Shown: positions 19,052 to 28,262 of the stretch, one piece after another
Numbering within the stretch: the first letter of the stretch is position 1
Layout: each line of letters opens with the position of its first letter
Source: Treponema sp.
Lineage (GTDB): Bacteria > Spirochaetota > Spirochaetia > Treponematales > Breznakiellaceae
Assembly (NCBI GenBank): GCA_031283105.1
Contig: JAITCL010000119.1
Coordinates: 8,885 to 72,884 of the forward strand
Direction of reading: 5' to 3'
DNA length: 64,000 nucleotides
The notes under the pieces: generated by a model
The model's database searches: none
Seen by the model: only the letters and a program-made list of their open reading frames with translations
What the model was told of the DNA's origin: nothing
Program-made: the position numbers and the translations under genes

Positions 19052-20080
19052 ATGGAAATCGCGGTATACGGCACTGGGGCTATGGGAACGGTTCTGGGGG
19101 CATTCCTGTGCAGGGCGGGTTATGCCCCCGACCTTATCAGCCGCGATCAGGCGCATATAACGGCGTTGAAGACAGCCGGCGCGAAGATTGGCGGAACAGT
19201 TTCATTTTCTACGCCGCCTTTTGACGGTAGGGAAGGGCGGGGACGCGCCCTGCTTCCCACTGAAATAAGTAAAAAATATGACATTATTTTTCTTTTGACC
19301 AAACAGACGGACAATGCCGTTACGGCGGAAACGCTTAACAATGTTCTTGCGCCGGGCGGAGTTGTCTGTATCATGCAAAACGGTATTCCCGAACCGGCGC
19401 TGGCGGCAATACTCGGTGAGGACAAGGTGCTGGGCTGTATCTGTATATGGGGGGCGGACAAACCGGCCATCGGCATGGCGGAACTGACCAGCAGGGCCGG
19501 CAGCATGAGGTTTGTGTTAGGCGGCATAGGCGGTAATTCCCATCCCATGCTCCCTACCGTGCAGGAGATTCTTGAAAAGGTATGCCCGGTAACGGTGAAA
19601 GAAAATTTTATCGGCGCGCGCTGGAGCAAACTGCTGATTAACGCGGCGTTCAGCGGCCTGTCCGCGGTTACCGGTTATAGTTTCGGCGCGATAGCGGCAG
19701 ACCACTGTTTAGGGAATTACGCCCTGCATATCATCAAAGAATGTATTGAGGTATGCCGCGCCGCGGGAATCGCCATTGAGCCGGTGCAGGGAAAATTTCC
19801 GGCGCGGTTTTTGTACTTCAAAAGTCCGTTAAAAAAATTCATACTGTCGCGTATCATGCCCCTTGCCATGAGAAGCCACCACGCCATTAAGTCGGGTATG
19901 CTGCATGACCTTGAACGGGGAAGGACAAGCGAAATTGAGGCAATTAATGGAGAGGTCTGTCGTACCGGCAGAAAGTATAATGTTCCCACTCCCTACAATG
20001 ACCGGATTGTCGCAATGGTACACGCTATTGAACGGGGTGAGCGGAAATGCGGCCCGCATAACCTGAAAGATTTCCCTTGA
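19052..20080 (+). CDS. panE: 2-dehydropantoate 2-reductase family protein
   Basis: GTGAMG Rossmann motif, QNG, WSKLLIN, SGMLHDLERGRTSEIEAING. Confidence 0.88.
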   Translation: MEIAVYGTGAMGTVLGAFLCRAGYAPDLISRDQAHITALKTAGAKIGGTVSFSTPPFDGREGRGRALLPTEISKKYDIIFLLTKQTDNAVTAETLNNVLAPGGVVCIMQNGIPEPALAAILGEDKVLGCICIWGADKPAIGMAELTSRAGSMRFVLGGIGGNSHPMLPTVQEILEKVCPVTVKENFIGARWSKLLINAAFSGLSAVTGYSFGAIAADHCLGNYALHIIKECIEVCRAAGIAIEPVQGKFPARFLYFKSPLKKFILSRIMPLAMRSHHAIKSGMLHDLERGRTSEIEAINGEVCRTGRKYNVPTPYNDRIVAMVHAIERGERKCGPHNLKDFP

Positions 20081-20103
20081 GCCGCGTTTTCCGTATGATT
20101 GTA

Positions 20104-20643
20104 CTATTCCCTGTTTCCTTTCTTCACTACTACCCGTCTGCCTCTCTGGGGAGGGCGTCCCTCTTGTGGATGGCGTCCCTCATGATGAGGGCGTCCATCC
20201 TGCGGACGGCGTCCCTCTTGAGAAGGACGTCCTTTGCGCGGTCTTTCCGCATAGTCTGACTTTTTGTTCTCCGCGTTGGGGTATCTGCCGCGCCTTTCGT
20301 TTCGGTCGTCTGCGTTGTGGTATTTGCCGCGTTCTGCGCCTCTGTCTTCACGGTCGCTTTTACCATCAATTTTTGAGTTATGCGTAACGGTACGTTTTTC
20401 ACGCCGTCTTTCGCGGACTTCTTTTTCCATAATCCGCAGCGACTCGTCAAAACCTTTCAGGAATTCCTGAAGGTCTTCGGCAAACAGAATCACCGACTGG
20501 CGGTCAAAGCCCCCTTCATCGCGGTTTTTGCTTTCCACGATATTCAGGTAAAGATCGCCCACGCGGTTTTCTTTTACATTAAAAAAATACGTCCGGTTTT
20601 GCAGTATAACCCTTGTTGAAAAAAGCTCTCCCCTTAGTCCCAT
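20104..20643 (-). CDS. PUR-domain (DUF3276/BpuR-like) nucleic-acid-binding protein with a basic repeat tail
   Basis: RTYFFNVKENRVGDLYLNIVESK...RQSVILFAEDLQEF; tail of GR-x-x-x-[QE/D] hexapeptides. Confidence 0.82.
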   Translation of the reverse strand: MGLRGELFSTRVILQNRTYFFNVKENRVGDLYLNIVESKNRDEGGFDRQSVILFAEDLQEFLKGFDESLRIMEKEVRERRREKRTVTHNSKIDGKSDREDRGAERGKYHNADDRNERRGRYPNAENKKSDYAERPRKGRPSQEGRRPQDGRPHHEGRHPQEGRPPQRGRRVVVKKGNRE

Positions 20644-20644
20644 A

Positions 20645-22471
20645 TTAACTCCTTACTGGTTGATTGTCGGCTTCCATGACCATACGGCGCTGCCAGTCAA
20701 TGAGTTCGCGCTCAATGCGCCGGTCTGGAGCATCTGCCATAATGCGAAAAACCGGTTCGGTGGCGGAACCCCGCATCCATAGCGAGGCAATGGCTTTGTT
20801 ATTTGCGTTGAAAAAACAAATTTTAAGCCCGCCCGCGCCCGCCTCGCCGAAATCAGTTATGCCTTTTTTTTCTTCTATTCCATTATATGCCGCCGCTTCC
20901 CAATAGTGTATACCATAGCGGGCTTTTAATTCATTAGCGCGTTCTTCCCATTCCCGCAGAAAAATTTTTTGATAGCGGCTTTTCAATGCGCCGTGATCCG
21001 CGCTGGTGACATTTAACACTGCTTCGGGGGAATACGCGCCGGTGGTGGCAAAAGGGGGCAGGCTTGCGATGACATCGGCAAGATCAAAATCGGGGTAATA
21101 GCGTTCCGGCTGGCCGGAGGCATTGCACCACAGTTCAAAAAGTCCCGGTTTGCCGTCTTTACTGCGTAACGAAAGGATTTTTGCCAGAGCCAGCACGGTG
21201 TGGAGCGGGTCGCGTACCGCCGACGGGTGGGTGATATTGCCCCCGGCTGAACCTTCACCGAGTATCCGCACCGTGTAGCCGCTTTCCCGCAGTTTACGGG
21301 CAAGACCCACGACATTGGCTTCGCCTACCTCGGCGCGGAAAACCGCAGCGCCGAAGGCTTCGGCAATGTGGTCGATGCGTAGAGAAGTAGGATCGTTAAC
21401 TGCAACTGCCGTTTTGCCGCCGTGCAAAGCGCCGGTCCAGGCAAGCTGGGCAAGTTCGGCGGCACAGGCCAGGGCAAAAACTTCCTGGGCTTCAAGCGCC
21501 CGCGCCTGTTGCAGATTGTTGTCCCAAATCACGAGGTTGCCCCGGTCGCCGTCGCAGTCGGGAACATAGCCCAAAACAAAGGCCGGGTCGCGGCGGTGTT
21601 GTTCTTCCAGAAAGGCGCGGCAGGGTTCCAGCGACTCGCCTTCGGGAACAATCCGGTGGGCTATTGCGCCGGGTTCGGCGTTTATGGCGGCAAACTGAAT
21701 CCCCAAACCGTTAAAAAATTCCCGGTCTATGGATACGCAGCGGGCGGAGCCGTTAAAATCGCAGCACACGCCGAGGGGCTTTTCCGCAATGCCGCGTTTC
21801 AGCGCTTCGGCAATACCATTGTTGTTATTCCATGCTACCTCGCCGCTCAAACGGGAATAGGCGTCTATTGCTTCTTTTTTATAATCAGGATAACCGGGCC
21901 AGACTGCCGGTTCAGCGGTAAACATTTCTTGCTGTGCCGCCGATGGTTCATCTGCTATAAATTTTTCCAGGCGGGCAATGCCGGCAGGATCGGCCATAAG
22001 CGAACGGAAATGGGCGGTGAGTTTTGCCGTTTCGTCCGCGGGAAGAACCCCGCCGTCGGCAAGGCCGAATTTAAACCCGTTGTGGCCGATGGGGTTGTGG
22101 CTTGCCGAGACATACACAAAGCCGCAATTGCCCACACTGCGGGCCCATGCCATAATTTCCGGCGCGGCGGTAACACCGGCGGAGTGAACGCGGCAGCCGC
22201 AGGCTGACAGCACAGGAATTATTGCATCGACTATGGCCCTGCCTGTTGGCCGGGTGTCGCAGCCGGTCAGCACCAGCGGCTGATCGTTTCCTAAACCGCG
22301 CAGGTAATCGGCAAATGCCGCGGCGGCGCCGATGGCAATGATCTGCTGCGCCGCGCTGATTTTACCCGTTCTGCCTTCTCCTCCGCCCCGTGCGGCAAAG
22401 ATTCCCCGCCACCCGGAATGTGAGAGAATCATCGTGGAAAGGGCTGTTTGTACTTTATCCTGGACTGCCAT
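20645..22471 (-). CDS. Alpha-D-phosphohexomutase (phosphoglucomutase/phosphomannomutase family)
   Basis: SASHNP phosphoserine loop, DCDGDR metal loop, RGSATEPVFR. Confidence 0.88.
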   Translation of the reverse strand: MAVQDKVQTALSTMILSHSGWRGIFAARGGGEGRTGKISAAQQIIAIGAAAAFADYLRGLGNDQPLVLTGCDTRPTGRAIVDAIIPVLSACGCRVHSAGVTAAPEIMAWARSVGNCGFVYVSASHNPIGHNGFKFGLADGGVLPADETAKLTAHFRSLMADPAGIARLEKFIADEPSAAQQEMFTAEPAVWPGYPDYKKEAIDAYSRLSGEVAWNNNNGIAEALKRGIAEKPLGVCCDFNGSARCVSIDREFFNGLGIQFAAINAEPGAIAHRIVPEGESLEPCRAFLEEQHRRDPAFVLGYVPDCDGDRGNLVIWDNNLQQARALEAQEVFALACAAELAQLAWTGALHGGKTAVAVNDPTSLRIDHIAEAFGAAVFRAEVGEANVVGLARKLRESGYTVRILGEGSAGGNITHPSAVRDPLHTVLALAKILSLRSKDGKPGLFELWCNASGQPERYYPDFDLADVIASLPPFATTGAYSPEAVLNVTSADHGALKSRYQKIFLREWEERANELKARYGIHYWEAAAYNGIEEKKGITDFGEAGAGGLKICFFNANNKAIASLWMRGSATEPVFRIMADAPDRRIERELIDWQRRMVMEADNQPVRS

Positions 22472-22511
22472 GCTCCTCCAGTATAAAGGGTCTTATATGG
22501 CAGGGCAAGAT

Positions 22512-22912
22512 CAGGGTGACAGCATATATTTGAATATAAATCAGCCGGAGGGGGCGCTGCACCCGCAGCGCCCCCTCCGGCTGACCTCTATCATCTAGGG
22601 CAACAGCATTTACCGTGACAATAGGTACTATATCAGCATAAGCCGCCTGAGAGAGGCCGGCGGGGCGGCAAAAAAATTCCGGGAATTCACTGCCGGAAGA
22701 GACCAGGGAGAAAAAGCAAAAACTAGGTGTACAGTAACAGCCCAGCACTTAAATACGACATGATTTCATAGTATTACGATGTGTATGATTATTTAAGTGC
22801 TGGGGGGCTCTGTAGGCAGATTCTCCCGGTTTTTTGCCGCCCTGCGCGGCCTTCTCAGGCGGCATGTTGTCTCATGTGATAACTCGATAAAAAACTAAAT
22901 GCTATTACCTTG
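22512..22912 (+). mobile_element. Non-autonomous element with ISAs1-like ends enclosing structured copy A2 (22642-22863)
   Basis: Left end CAGGGTGACAGCAT, GC hairpin cagccggagggggcgc..gcgccccctccggctg, inner end-like motif TAGGGCAACAGCATTTA, right end AAACTAAATGCTATTACCTTG. Confidence 0.7.
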
Positions 22913-22966
22913 GCACCAATGAACGCTTCTCTTGTCATTTCCCGGCGGCAAAGTATAGAATACGCT

Positions 22967-23566
22967 ATGAGTCTTTTGTGCCTGTTGTGTATCCCTTTGT
23001 TGTATTTCCTCAGACGGACTGAGGGGGAAGGGAAGAGTATTTGGGCGCTGCCCTTGGGCGGTCTTGCGGTGATGCTGCACTATTTTACCGGCTCGTTGAT
23101 AACGGCGGGCGATTTCGGCTTTTCCCGCTGGATGAGCGGTTTTGTTGGCATTGCCGCCCTGCCGGTTCTTGTCCCGCTTCTTGCCGCCCTGCTGCTGGTT
23201 ATGCTGCGGGTTTTTCCCGACACTCTGGATTATGCCGGTTTTACCCTGTTATGGCTGGTCCCTCTGGCGGCTATACGTTCAATAAGCGGAGATTCCCCGT
23301 CCTCTCCCATTGCGCTGGTTTTTGTCCCCCTGCTGTGGATTGCGCAGGCGGTGGGCATACCTTTTTTCATCGGTTGGATTTTGAAAAAGCCGCGCTGGTA
23401 TGTAATTATTCCTTCGGCTTTAGGCATTGCGGCGCTGCCGCTCGTTGCAACTTCATCATGGTGGGCGTTTTTTGTTCAACGGACTTTGACGGGTTTTTTA
23501 CTGCTGGCGTTCAGCCTTATCCCGGCGGTAATTTCGGTGGTTAGGGGAGTGGGGAGTAGGGAGTAG
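22967..23566 (+). CDS. Hypothetical multi-TM membrane protein
   Basis: Highly hydrophobic ORF; TTGTCA..TAGAAT promoter just before ATG 22967. Confidence 0.7.
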   Translation: MSLLCLLCIPLLYFLRRTEGEGKSIWALPLGGLAVMLHYFTGSLITAGDFGFSRWMSGFVGIAALPVLVPLLAALLLVMLRVFPDTLDYAGFTLLWLVPLAAIRSISGDSPSSPIALVFVPLLWIAQAVGIPFFIGWILKKPRWYVIIPSALGIAALPLVATSSWWAFFVQRTLTGFLLLAFSLIPAVISVVRGVGSRE

Positions 23567-23677
23567 GGTTATTGTTCGAACTGTCAGAGTATTTCCAAGC
23601 TATCAAAAACTAACTCGGAAGTGCCCCCATACCTCGAACAACAATCTCCATTCCCCCATTCCCTACTCCCCACTCCC
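23544..23677. repeat. Inverted pair of heptamer repeats between convergent genes (probable terminator-like hairpin)
   Basis: gggagtggggagtaggga...ttgttcga pairs with tcgaacaa...tccctactccccactccc. Confidence 0.7.
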
Positions 23678-23682
23678 TTCTT

Positions 23683-24681
23683 CTACGCTTTTCCCGCCGA
23701 GCCCAGCACGTTCTGGTTTTTGTGGGCGTAAAGTTTTTTCAGTTCATCGCGGGCCGGCCCCAGAATTTTACGGGGATCAAATTCATCAGGCTTTTCAGTC
23801 AGCACCTTGCGGATAATGGCCGTCATTGCCAAACGTCCGTCAGAATCGATGTTGATTTTGCAAACGGCGCTTTTTGCCGCTGTGCGCAGTTGTTCTTCGG
23901 GGATACCCACCGAATCACTCAGCTTGCCGCCGTATTTCTCAATCATCTGCACATACTCAATAGGCACCGATGAGGAACCGTGCAGCACGATGGGGAAGCC
24001 GGGTATTTTCTTTTCAATTTCCTGCAAAATGTCAAAGCGGAGCGGGGGAGGGATGAGTATGCCGTTGGCATCCCGGGTACACTGTTCAGGTTTGAATTTT
24101 GCCCGCCCGTGGCTGGTGCCGATGGAAATGGCAAGGGAATCAACTTTGGTCTTGCCGACAAAGTCAATGACTTCTTCCGGCTGGGTATAGTGGCTATGCT
24201 CGGATGAAACGTCATCTTCAACCCCGGCCAGCACGCCCAACTCTCCCTCAACCGTCACATAGTCCTTCTGGGAATGGGCAAATTCGCAGACCTTTTTGGT
24301 CAGCGCTACATTTTCATCGTAGGGCAAATGGGAACCGTCGATCATAACCGAAGAAAACCCGGTTTCAATACAATCCTTGCACAACTCAAAACTGTCTCCG
24401 TGATCCAGATGCAATACAATGGGAATGTCGTAACCCAACTCGTGGGCATATTCCACCGCGCCCTTGGCGATATTTTTCAGAATATTCTGATTGGCGTACT
24501 TGCGCGCCCCTGATGATACCTGCAAAATAACCGGTGATTTGGTTTCTACACAGGCCTGGATAATGGACTGAATCTGTTCCATATTGTTGAAATTGTACGC
24601 CGGAATCGCATACCCGCCGCTGACCGCCTTCTTAAACATCTCCCTGGTATTCACCAGGCCCAATTCGGTATAACTGGTCAT
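23683..24681 (-). CDS. fba: Class II fructose-1,6-bisphosphate aldolase
   Basis: PAYNFNNMEQ, LHLDHG, SSVMIDGS, VEGELG, LAISIGTSHG, VLHGSS, KINIDSD, FDPRK. Confidence 0.96.
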   Translation of the reverse strand: MTSYTELGLVNTREMFKKAVSGGYAIPAYNFNNMEQIQSIIQACVETKSPVILQVSSGARKYANQNILKNIAKGAVEYAHELGYDIPIVLHLDHGDSFELCKDCIETGFSSVMIDGSHLPYDENVALTKKVCEFAHSQKDYVTVEGELGVLAGVEDDVSSEHSHYTQPEEVIDFVGKTKVDSLAISIGTSHGRAKFKPEQCTRDANGILIPPPLRFDILQEIEKKIPGFPIVLHGSSSVPIEYVQMIEKYGGKLSDSVGIPEEQLRTAAKSAVCKINIDSDGRLAMTAIIRKVLTEKPDEFDPRKILGPARDELKKLYAHKNQNVLGSAGKA

Positions 24682-24763
24682 AATTGCTCCTTAAAAATAG
24701 AATTCTTCTATAGAGATACTATTCCCTTATACCGGCATTGGTCAAGAGCGCCCTACTCCCCAA

Positions 24764-25376
24764 CAGGGTGGCAGCATTTAGTTTTTTACAAACCAGCCGG
24801 AGGGGGCGCTACGAGGCACCCGGTCACTGAGCTTGTCGAAATGACTGGAATGTATGCCTAAAAAATTTACTTGAGGGGCAACTCTAACAAGCACCGCACA
24901 AGCCATTTCCTGCGGAAAAGGCTTGTGCGGCTGCCTATAAGGTTTTCCCGAAAAGCCCCCAAATTACTTTACTAGGCATACATCTTACCAGTACCTACAG
25001 TCTCACCAGAGGAAGTTCGCCCCCGCCGGCTGTTCTCTATCATCACAGGTGGCAGCATTTACCGTGTTACATTGGCTATAGCCAGAATAAGGCGGCACAG
25101 GGAGACAGTACGGGGTTGCCAAAATATTATGGGGTTCTTCAACGGAGCAGACCAGGGAATAAAAGCAAAAACCAGGTGTACAGTAACAGCCGCACGGCAC
25201 GGAAAGCAAGAGGACACGCTTATAATGGAATTACCCCTAGTTTTCAATAACGCACAGAAGCCGTGCGGGGGCTGCGTAGTTGAGTTCCCCCATCTATTTT
25301 GGCAGCCCCGGCGCTGTTCCCTGTGCCGGTTTACGTACTATGTGCATATATGAAAAAACTAAATGCTGCTGCCCTG
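24764..25376 (+). mobile_element. Non-autonomous element with ISAs1-like TIRs enclosing structured copy B1 (25093-25328) and nested insertions
   Basis: CAGGGTGGCAGCATTTAGTTTTTT at 24764 is inverse to AAAAAACTAAATGCTGCTGCCCTG ending 25376; flanks ACTCCCCAA/ACTCCTCAA (8/9 match, putative target duplication). Confidence 0.75.
24850..24983. mobile_element. Nested MITE-like element with ATGTATGCC/GGCATACAT ends
   Basis: Terminal IR and internal hairpin ccgcacaagcc..ggcttgtgcgg; second copy at 17254-17334. Confidence 0.65.
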
Positions 25377-25428
25377 ACTCCTCAAGTCTTGCATTTCCAT
25401 CAGTATAAAGGTATCGTAACAAAGCATT

Positions 25429-26382
25429 ATGAAGCGTATCAGGCTTTTAGTGGTTATAGCGCTCATTCTGGCGGTTCTTGCCGCGCCTGTCGTGATTTTT
25501 TGTATCCGGCCGCCGGTGCTGATCGTTACCGATACGTCCTTCGCCGTCCTGTACGGAAAATCCCATTTGCGGCGCCAGCAGCGTGACGCGTCGTTTGCCC
25601 TGTTCCGGCGGGTCAAGCCGGTAATGGTTGCCGATAGCGCAGGTTCCGATGTAGTGGACATTGCCATACGGGCAGCGGCCCGGCAGCCGTTTTGTGTGCT
25701 CTTTGCCGGTAACCGGGCTGAGATTGCGGTTCGTTTCCATGAACAGTTCCCGGAAACCCCGGTTGTGCTGTTCAGCGGGCTGGTGAAGACTCCCGAAATA
25801 CCGTCTCCGGATGGTTTTTTGTGTGTGTACGACGTTGATCGTCCGGTTGATCTGTACCGGGCGGGGCTTTGCGCGGGAATATTGGGCGTTGTACCGCCCA
25901 AACCGGTAAAAGAAGTTGAAAAACAGGATGAATCCGCCGCACCCCCCCCGGCTTTTACCCCCAAGACCTATGTTTTGTGGCAAGATCCTTATGTACAGTC
26001 CGCGGAAAGGGAACTTTTTTCCCGGGGACTCCGGGAACAGGATCCGGAATCGGTGATTATCTTTGTCAATTCCCTTGCCGAAATGCCCGATATGAAGGCA
26101 ATTTCCTGTACCGTGCTTACCGGCGCGGGGGCTGAATATCTGGGAAAAAACCCCCGGATGCCCCTGATTCTGTTCAGTTGGCTGAATCCGGACTTTACGG
26201 CGCGGGAAGTTGTCGTACTGTTTGACGATTCCGCCTGGGCTTTAGCCGTTCCGGCAGTACGCATGGCGGTACAAAGGCAGGCCGGGGGAGCAATCCCCTC
26301 AAAGCCCTTGATCTTTTCGGCAAAAATCGCCGATAATAACATATTCCGTATGTTGCAAAAATCGGCAAAAAAAATGCCGTAA
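25429..26382 (+). CDS. Hypothetical membrane-anchored/exported protein
   Basis: 317-aa ORF with an N-terminal hydrophobic segment; upstream TTGCAT-N17-TATCGT. Confidence 0.7.
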   Translation: MKRIRLLVVIALILAVLAAPVVIFCIRPPVLIVTDTSFAVLYGKSHLRRQQRDASFALFRRVKPVMVADSAGSDVVDIAIRAAARQPFCVLFAGNRAEIAVRFHEQFPETPVVLFSGLVKTPEIPSPDGFLCVYDVDRPVDLYRAGLCAGILGVVPPKPVKEVEKQDESAAPPPAFTPKTYVLWQDPYVQSAERELFSRGLREQDPESVIIFVNSLAEMPDMKAISCTVLTGAGAEYLGKNPRMPLILFSWLNPDFTAREVVVLFDDSAWALAVPAVRMAVQRQAGGAIPSKPLIFSAKIADNNIFRMLQKSAKKMP

Positions 26383-26406
26383 AGGGTACATATTTTTTCA
26401 AAGTGA

Positions 26407-26435
26407 TTGACAAAGCTGTGTCAAAGAAATATAAT
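26407..26435 (+). promoter_or_regulatory. Consensus sigma70 promoter of the flaA-like pair, with a palindrome over the -35
   Basis: TTGACA-N17-TATAAT; TTGACA-AAGCTG-TGTCAA dyad at 26407-26424. Confidence 0.85.
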
Positions 26436-26466
26436 TAGATAGAAAGAACTCGTAAAGGAGAAAGGG

Positions 26467-27255
26467 ATGAAATACGGCAGTATAAAAGCTGTTTGCCTTG
26501 TTGTTTTGGCATTCATAACGGTTGTGTCAACTTATGGCGACGACCGTACCGTTGATTTAACCTCGATCGTGCTGGAGGACTTCGGCGATGTAACTACGCA
26601 CGAATGGAATGATGGAAGACACCCCAGGAACCTTGAATATTCCTGGACGCTGGCTGCCAGCAAATTTGCGACCAAATCCAAAGATGGAAACGGCAATGAA
26701 GTGAACTATCCGATTATGGCGTATGTTGAGACATGGCCGATTTCCCTGTTTGGATATAACCGTGAGGGAAAGACCATTAAAAGCCTGGGTATTCACGGCC
26801 GCTTTGATCGCCGCGGTTTTAACTGGATAGACTTGTATCCGGTTGGGTCGGATGGCTCTGCGTATGAGATACCGATGCCCGGACGGGTACGGTATATTGA
26901 TATGTGGGCATGGGGCGCGAACCTTGATTACCTTGTAGAAGCGTATGTACGGGATTACCAGGGGGTAGTGCATATTATCAAACTGGGAAACCTTGCCTAC
27001 ACCGGCTGGAAAAATTTGCGGGCCAATATTCCCAACAACATCAGTCAGTCAAAACGGGTGCTGCCCAATCTGGCCCAGCTCCGTTTCATAAAATTCCGTA
27101 TTTGGACTCAGCCCGGCGAACAAGTCAGTGATTTTTATATCTATTTTAAGCAATTCAAGGTACTCACGGATGTCTTTGAAAGCGCCTTTGACGGTGATGA
27201 ATTGGCTGATCCCGACCTTTTGCCGCAGTTGTGGGCAAGCGGCAATAACAGATAA
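26467..27255 (+). CDS. flaA: Flagellar filament outer-layer (sheath) protein, FlaA domain
   Basis: Signal peptide; SLGIHGRFDRRGFNWIDLYP, IDMWAWGAN, LGNLAYTGWKNL. Confidence 0.85.
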   Translation: MKYGSIKAVCLVVLAFITVVSTYGDDRTVDLTSIVLEDFGDVTTHEWNDGRHPRNLEYSWTLAASKFATKSKDGNGNEVNYPIMAYVETWPISLFGYNREGKTIKSLGIHGRFDRRGFNWIDLYPVGSDGSAYEIPMPGRVRYIDMWAWGANLDYLVEAYVRDYQGVVHIIKLGNLAYTGWKNLRANIPNNISQSKRVLPNLAQLRFIKFRIWTQPGEQVSDFYIYFKQFKVLTDVFESAFDGDELADPDLLPQLWASGNNR

Positions 27256-27269
27256 TTAAGGAGAGTAAA

Positions 27270-27992
27270 ATGAAACGCATTGTAATAGTTACTTTATGCT
27301 TTACTATTGCCTTGGGAACGGCTTTTGCCCAGCAAGAACTTGGTACTCCGGATCCCTATGAAATAGGCATTGATTCTGCCCAACAGCAATTAAAAGAAGT
27401 ATCGGTTGATAAATTCGAGAATGACGGTTTTTGGCATTCCGCGATGTCAACCGATGAAGGTTACACCATGACGAGGTTGTTTTCAGGCGCTCCGGCGGGT
27501 AAAGAGCCGATCCCTGAAGAAGCAGGAATGGATATTCCCGATAATTACGTCTTGGGTACCAGGGTAGATTTCCTCCGCCGGGGCTACAGCAGCTTTACCA
27601 TCCGTTCTCTTCGTCCTATTCCCATTGAAGGGATTACCAAAACGGTCTCCGTATGGGTAATCGGGCGGAATTTTAACCACGAGCTTAAACTCCTTATCCA
27701 GGACTATTTTGGCAGATACTATGAAATTTACATGGGCAAGCTGAATTTCCAGGGTTGGAAAAAGTTAACGGTGGCTATTCCCCCGCAGTCAATGGACGGG
27801 AAGAATGGCGTTGTCCAGCGGAGCTACCATTATAATAACCAGATGGGTTTAAAAATTATCGGGTTCCAGATTGACTGTGATCCTTTGGAAACTTACGGCA
27901 GCTACTACGTTTACTTTGACGACCTGAGGGCAGTTACCGACCTCTTTGCCGAGAACAACCGCGATCCTGATGATATGGCGGATGGGTGGTAA
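27270..27992 (+). CDS. flaA: Flagellar filament outer-layer protein, FlaA domain (second paralogue)
   Basis: Signal peptide; VLGTRVDFLRRG, PIPIEGITKTVSVWVIGRN, MGKLNFQGWKKL. Confidence 0.85.
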   Translation: MKRIVIVTLCFTIALGTAFAQQELGTPDPYEIGIDSAQQQLKEVSVDKFENDGFWHSAMSTDEGYTMTRLFSGAPAGKEPIPEEAGMDIPDNYVLGTRVDFLRRGYSSFTIRSLRPIPIEGITKTVSVWVIGRNFNHELKLLIQDYFGRYYEIYMGKLNFQGWKKLTVAIPPQSMDGKNGVVQRSYHYNNQMGLKIIGFQIDCDPLETYGSYYVYFDDLRAVTDLFAENNRDPDDMADGW

Positions 27993-28000
27993 CCGAATAA

Positions 28001-28023
28001 CAGCGCCCCGTCGAGGGGCGTTG
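28001..28023 (+). terminator. Hairpin after the flaA-like operon
   Basis: cagcgcccc-gtcga-ggggcgttg stem 8 nt after the stop; no U-tract. Confidence 0.45.
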
Positions 28024-28262
28024 ACCGAATTATGCGACCGGTTACCGCGCACAGTAAAGGCCGCCGCATACAGAAAATGCCGGCTTGCTTTAGCAAGCCG
28101 TGTGCGCGGCGGAAACCGAAAAATAGCCGGTAAGAGCAATGAACAGATGGCAAGGAAAGAGTTATCTTATCTTTGTTAATTGTTTATTGCTCTTTGTTAT
28201 TTAATAACGCAATTATGTCGAAAAGTACACAAAATAAATAATGCCACACACATCCTCCTTGT

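Noticed and set aside
28040-28195. GC-rich hairpins after flaA as a possible riboswitch
   Set aside because: No recognisable aptamer consensus; more likely another palindromic repeat remnant
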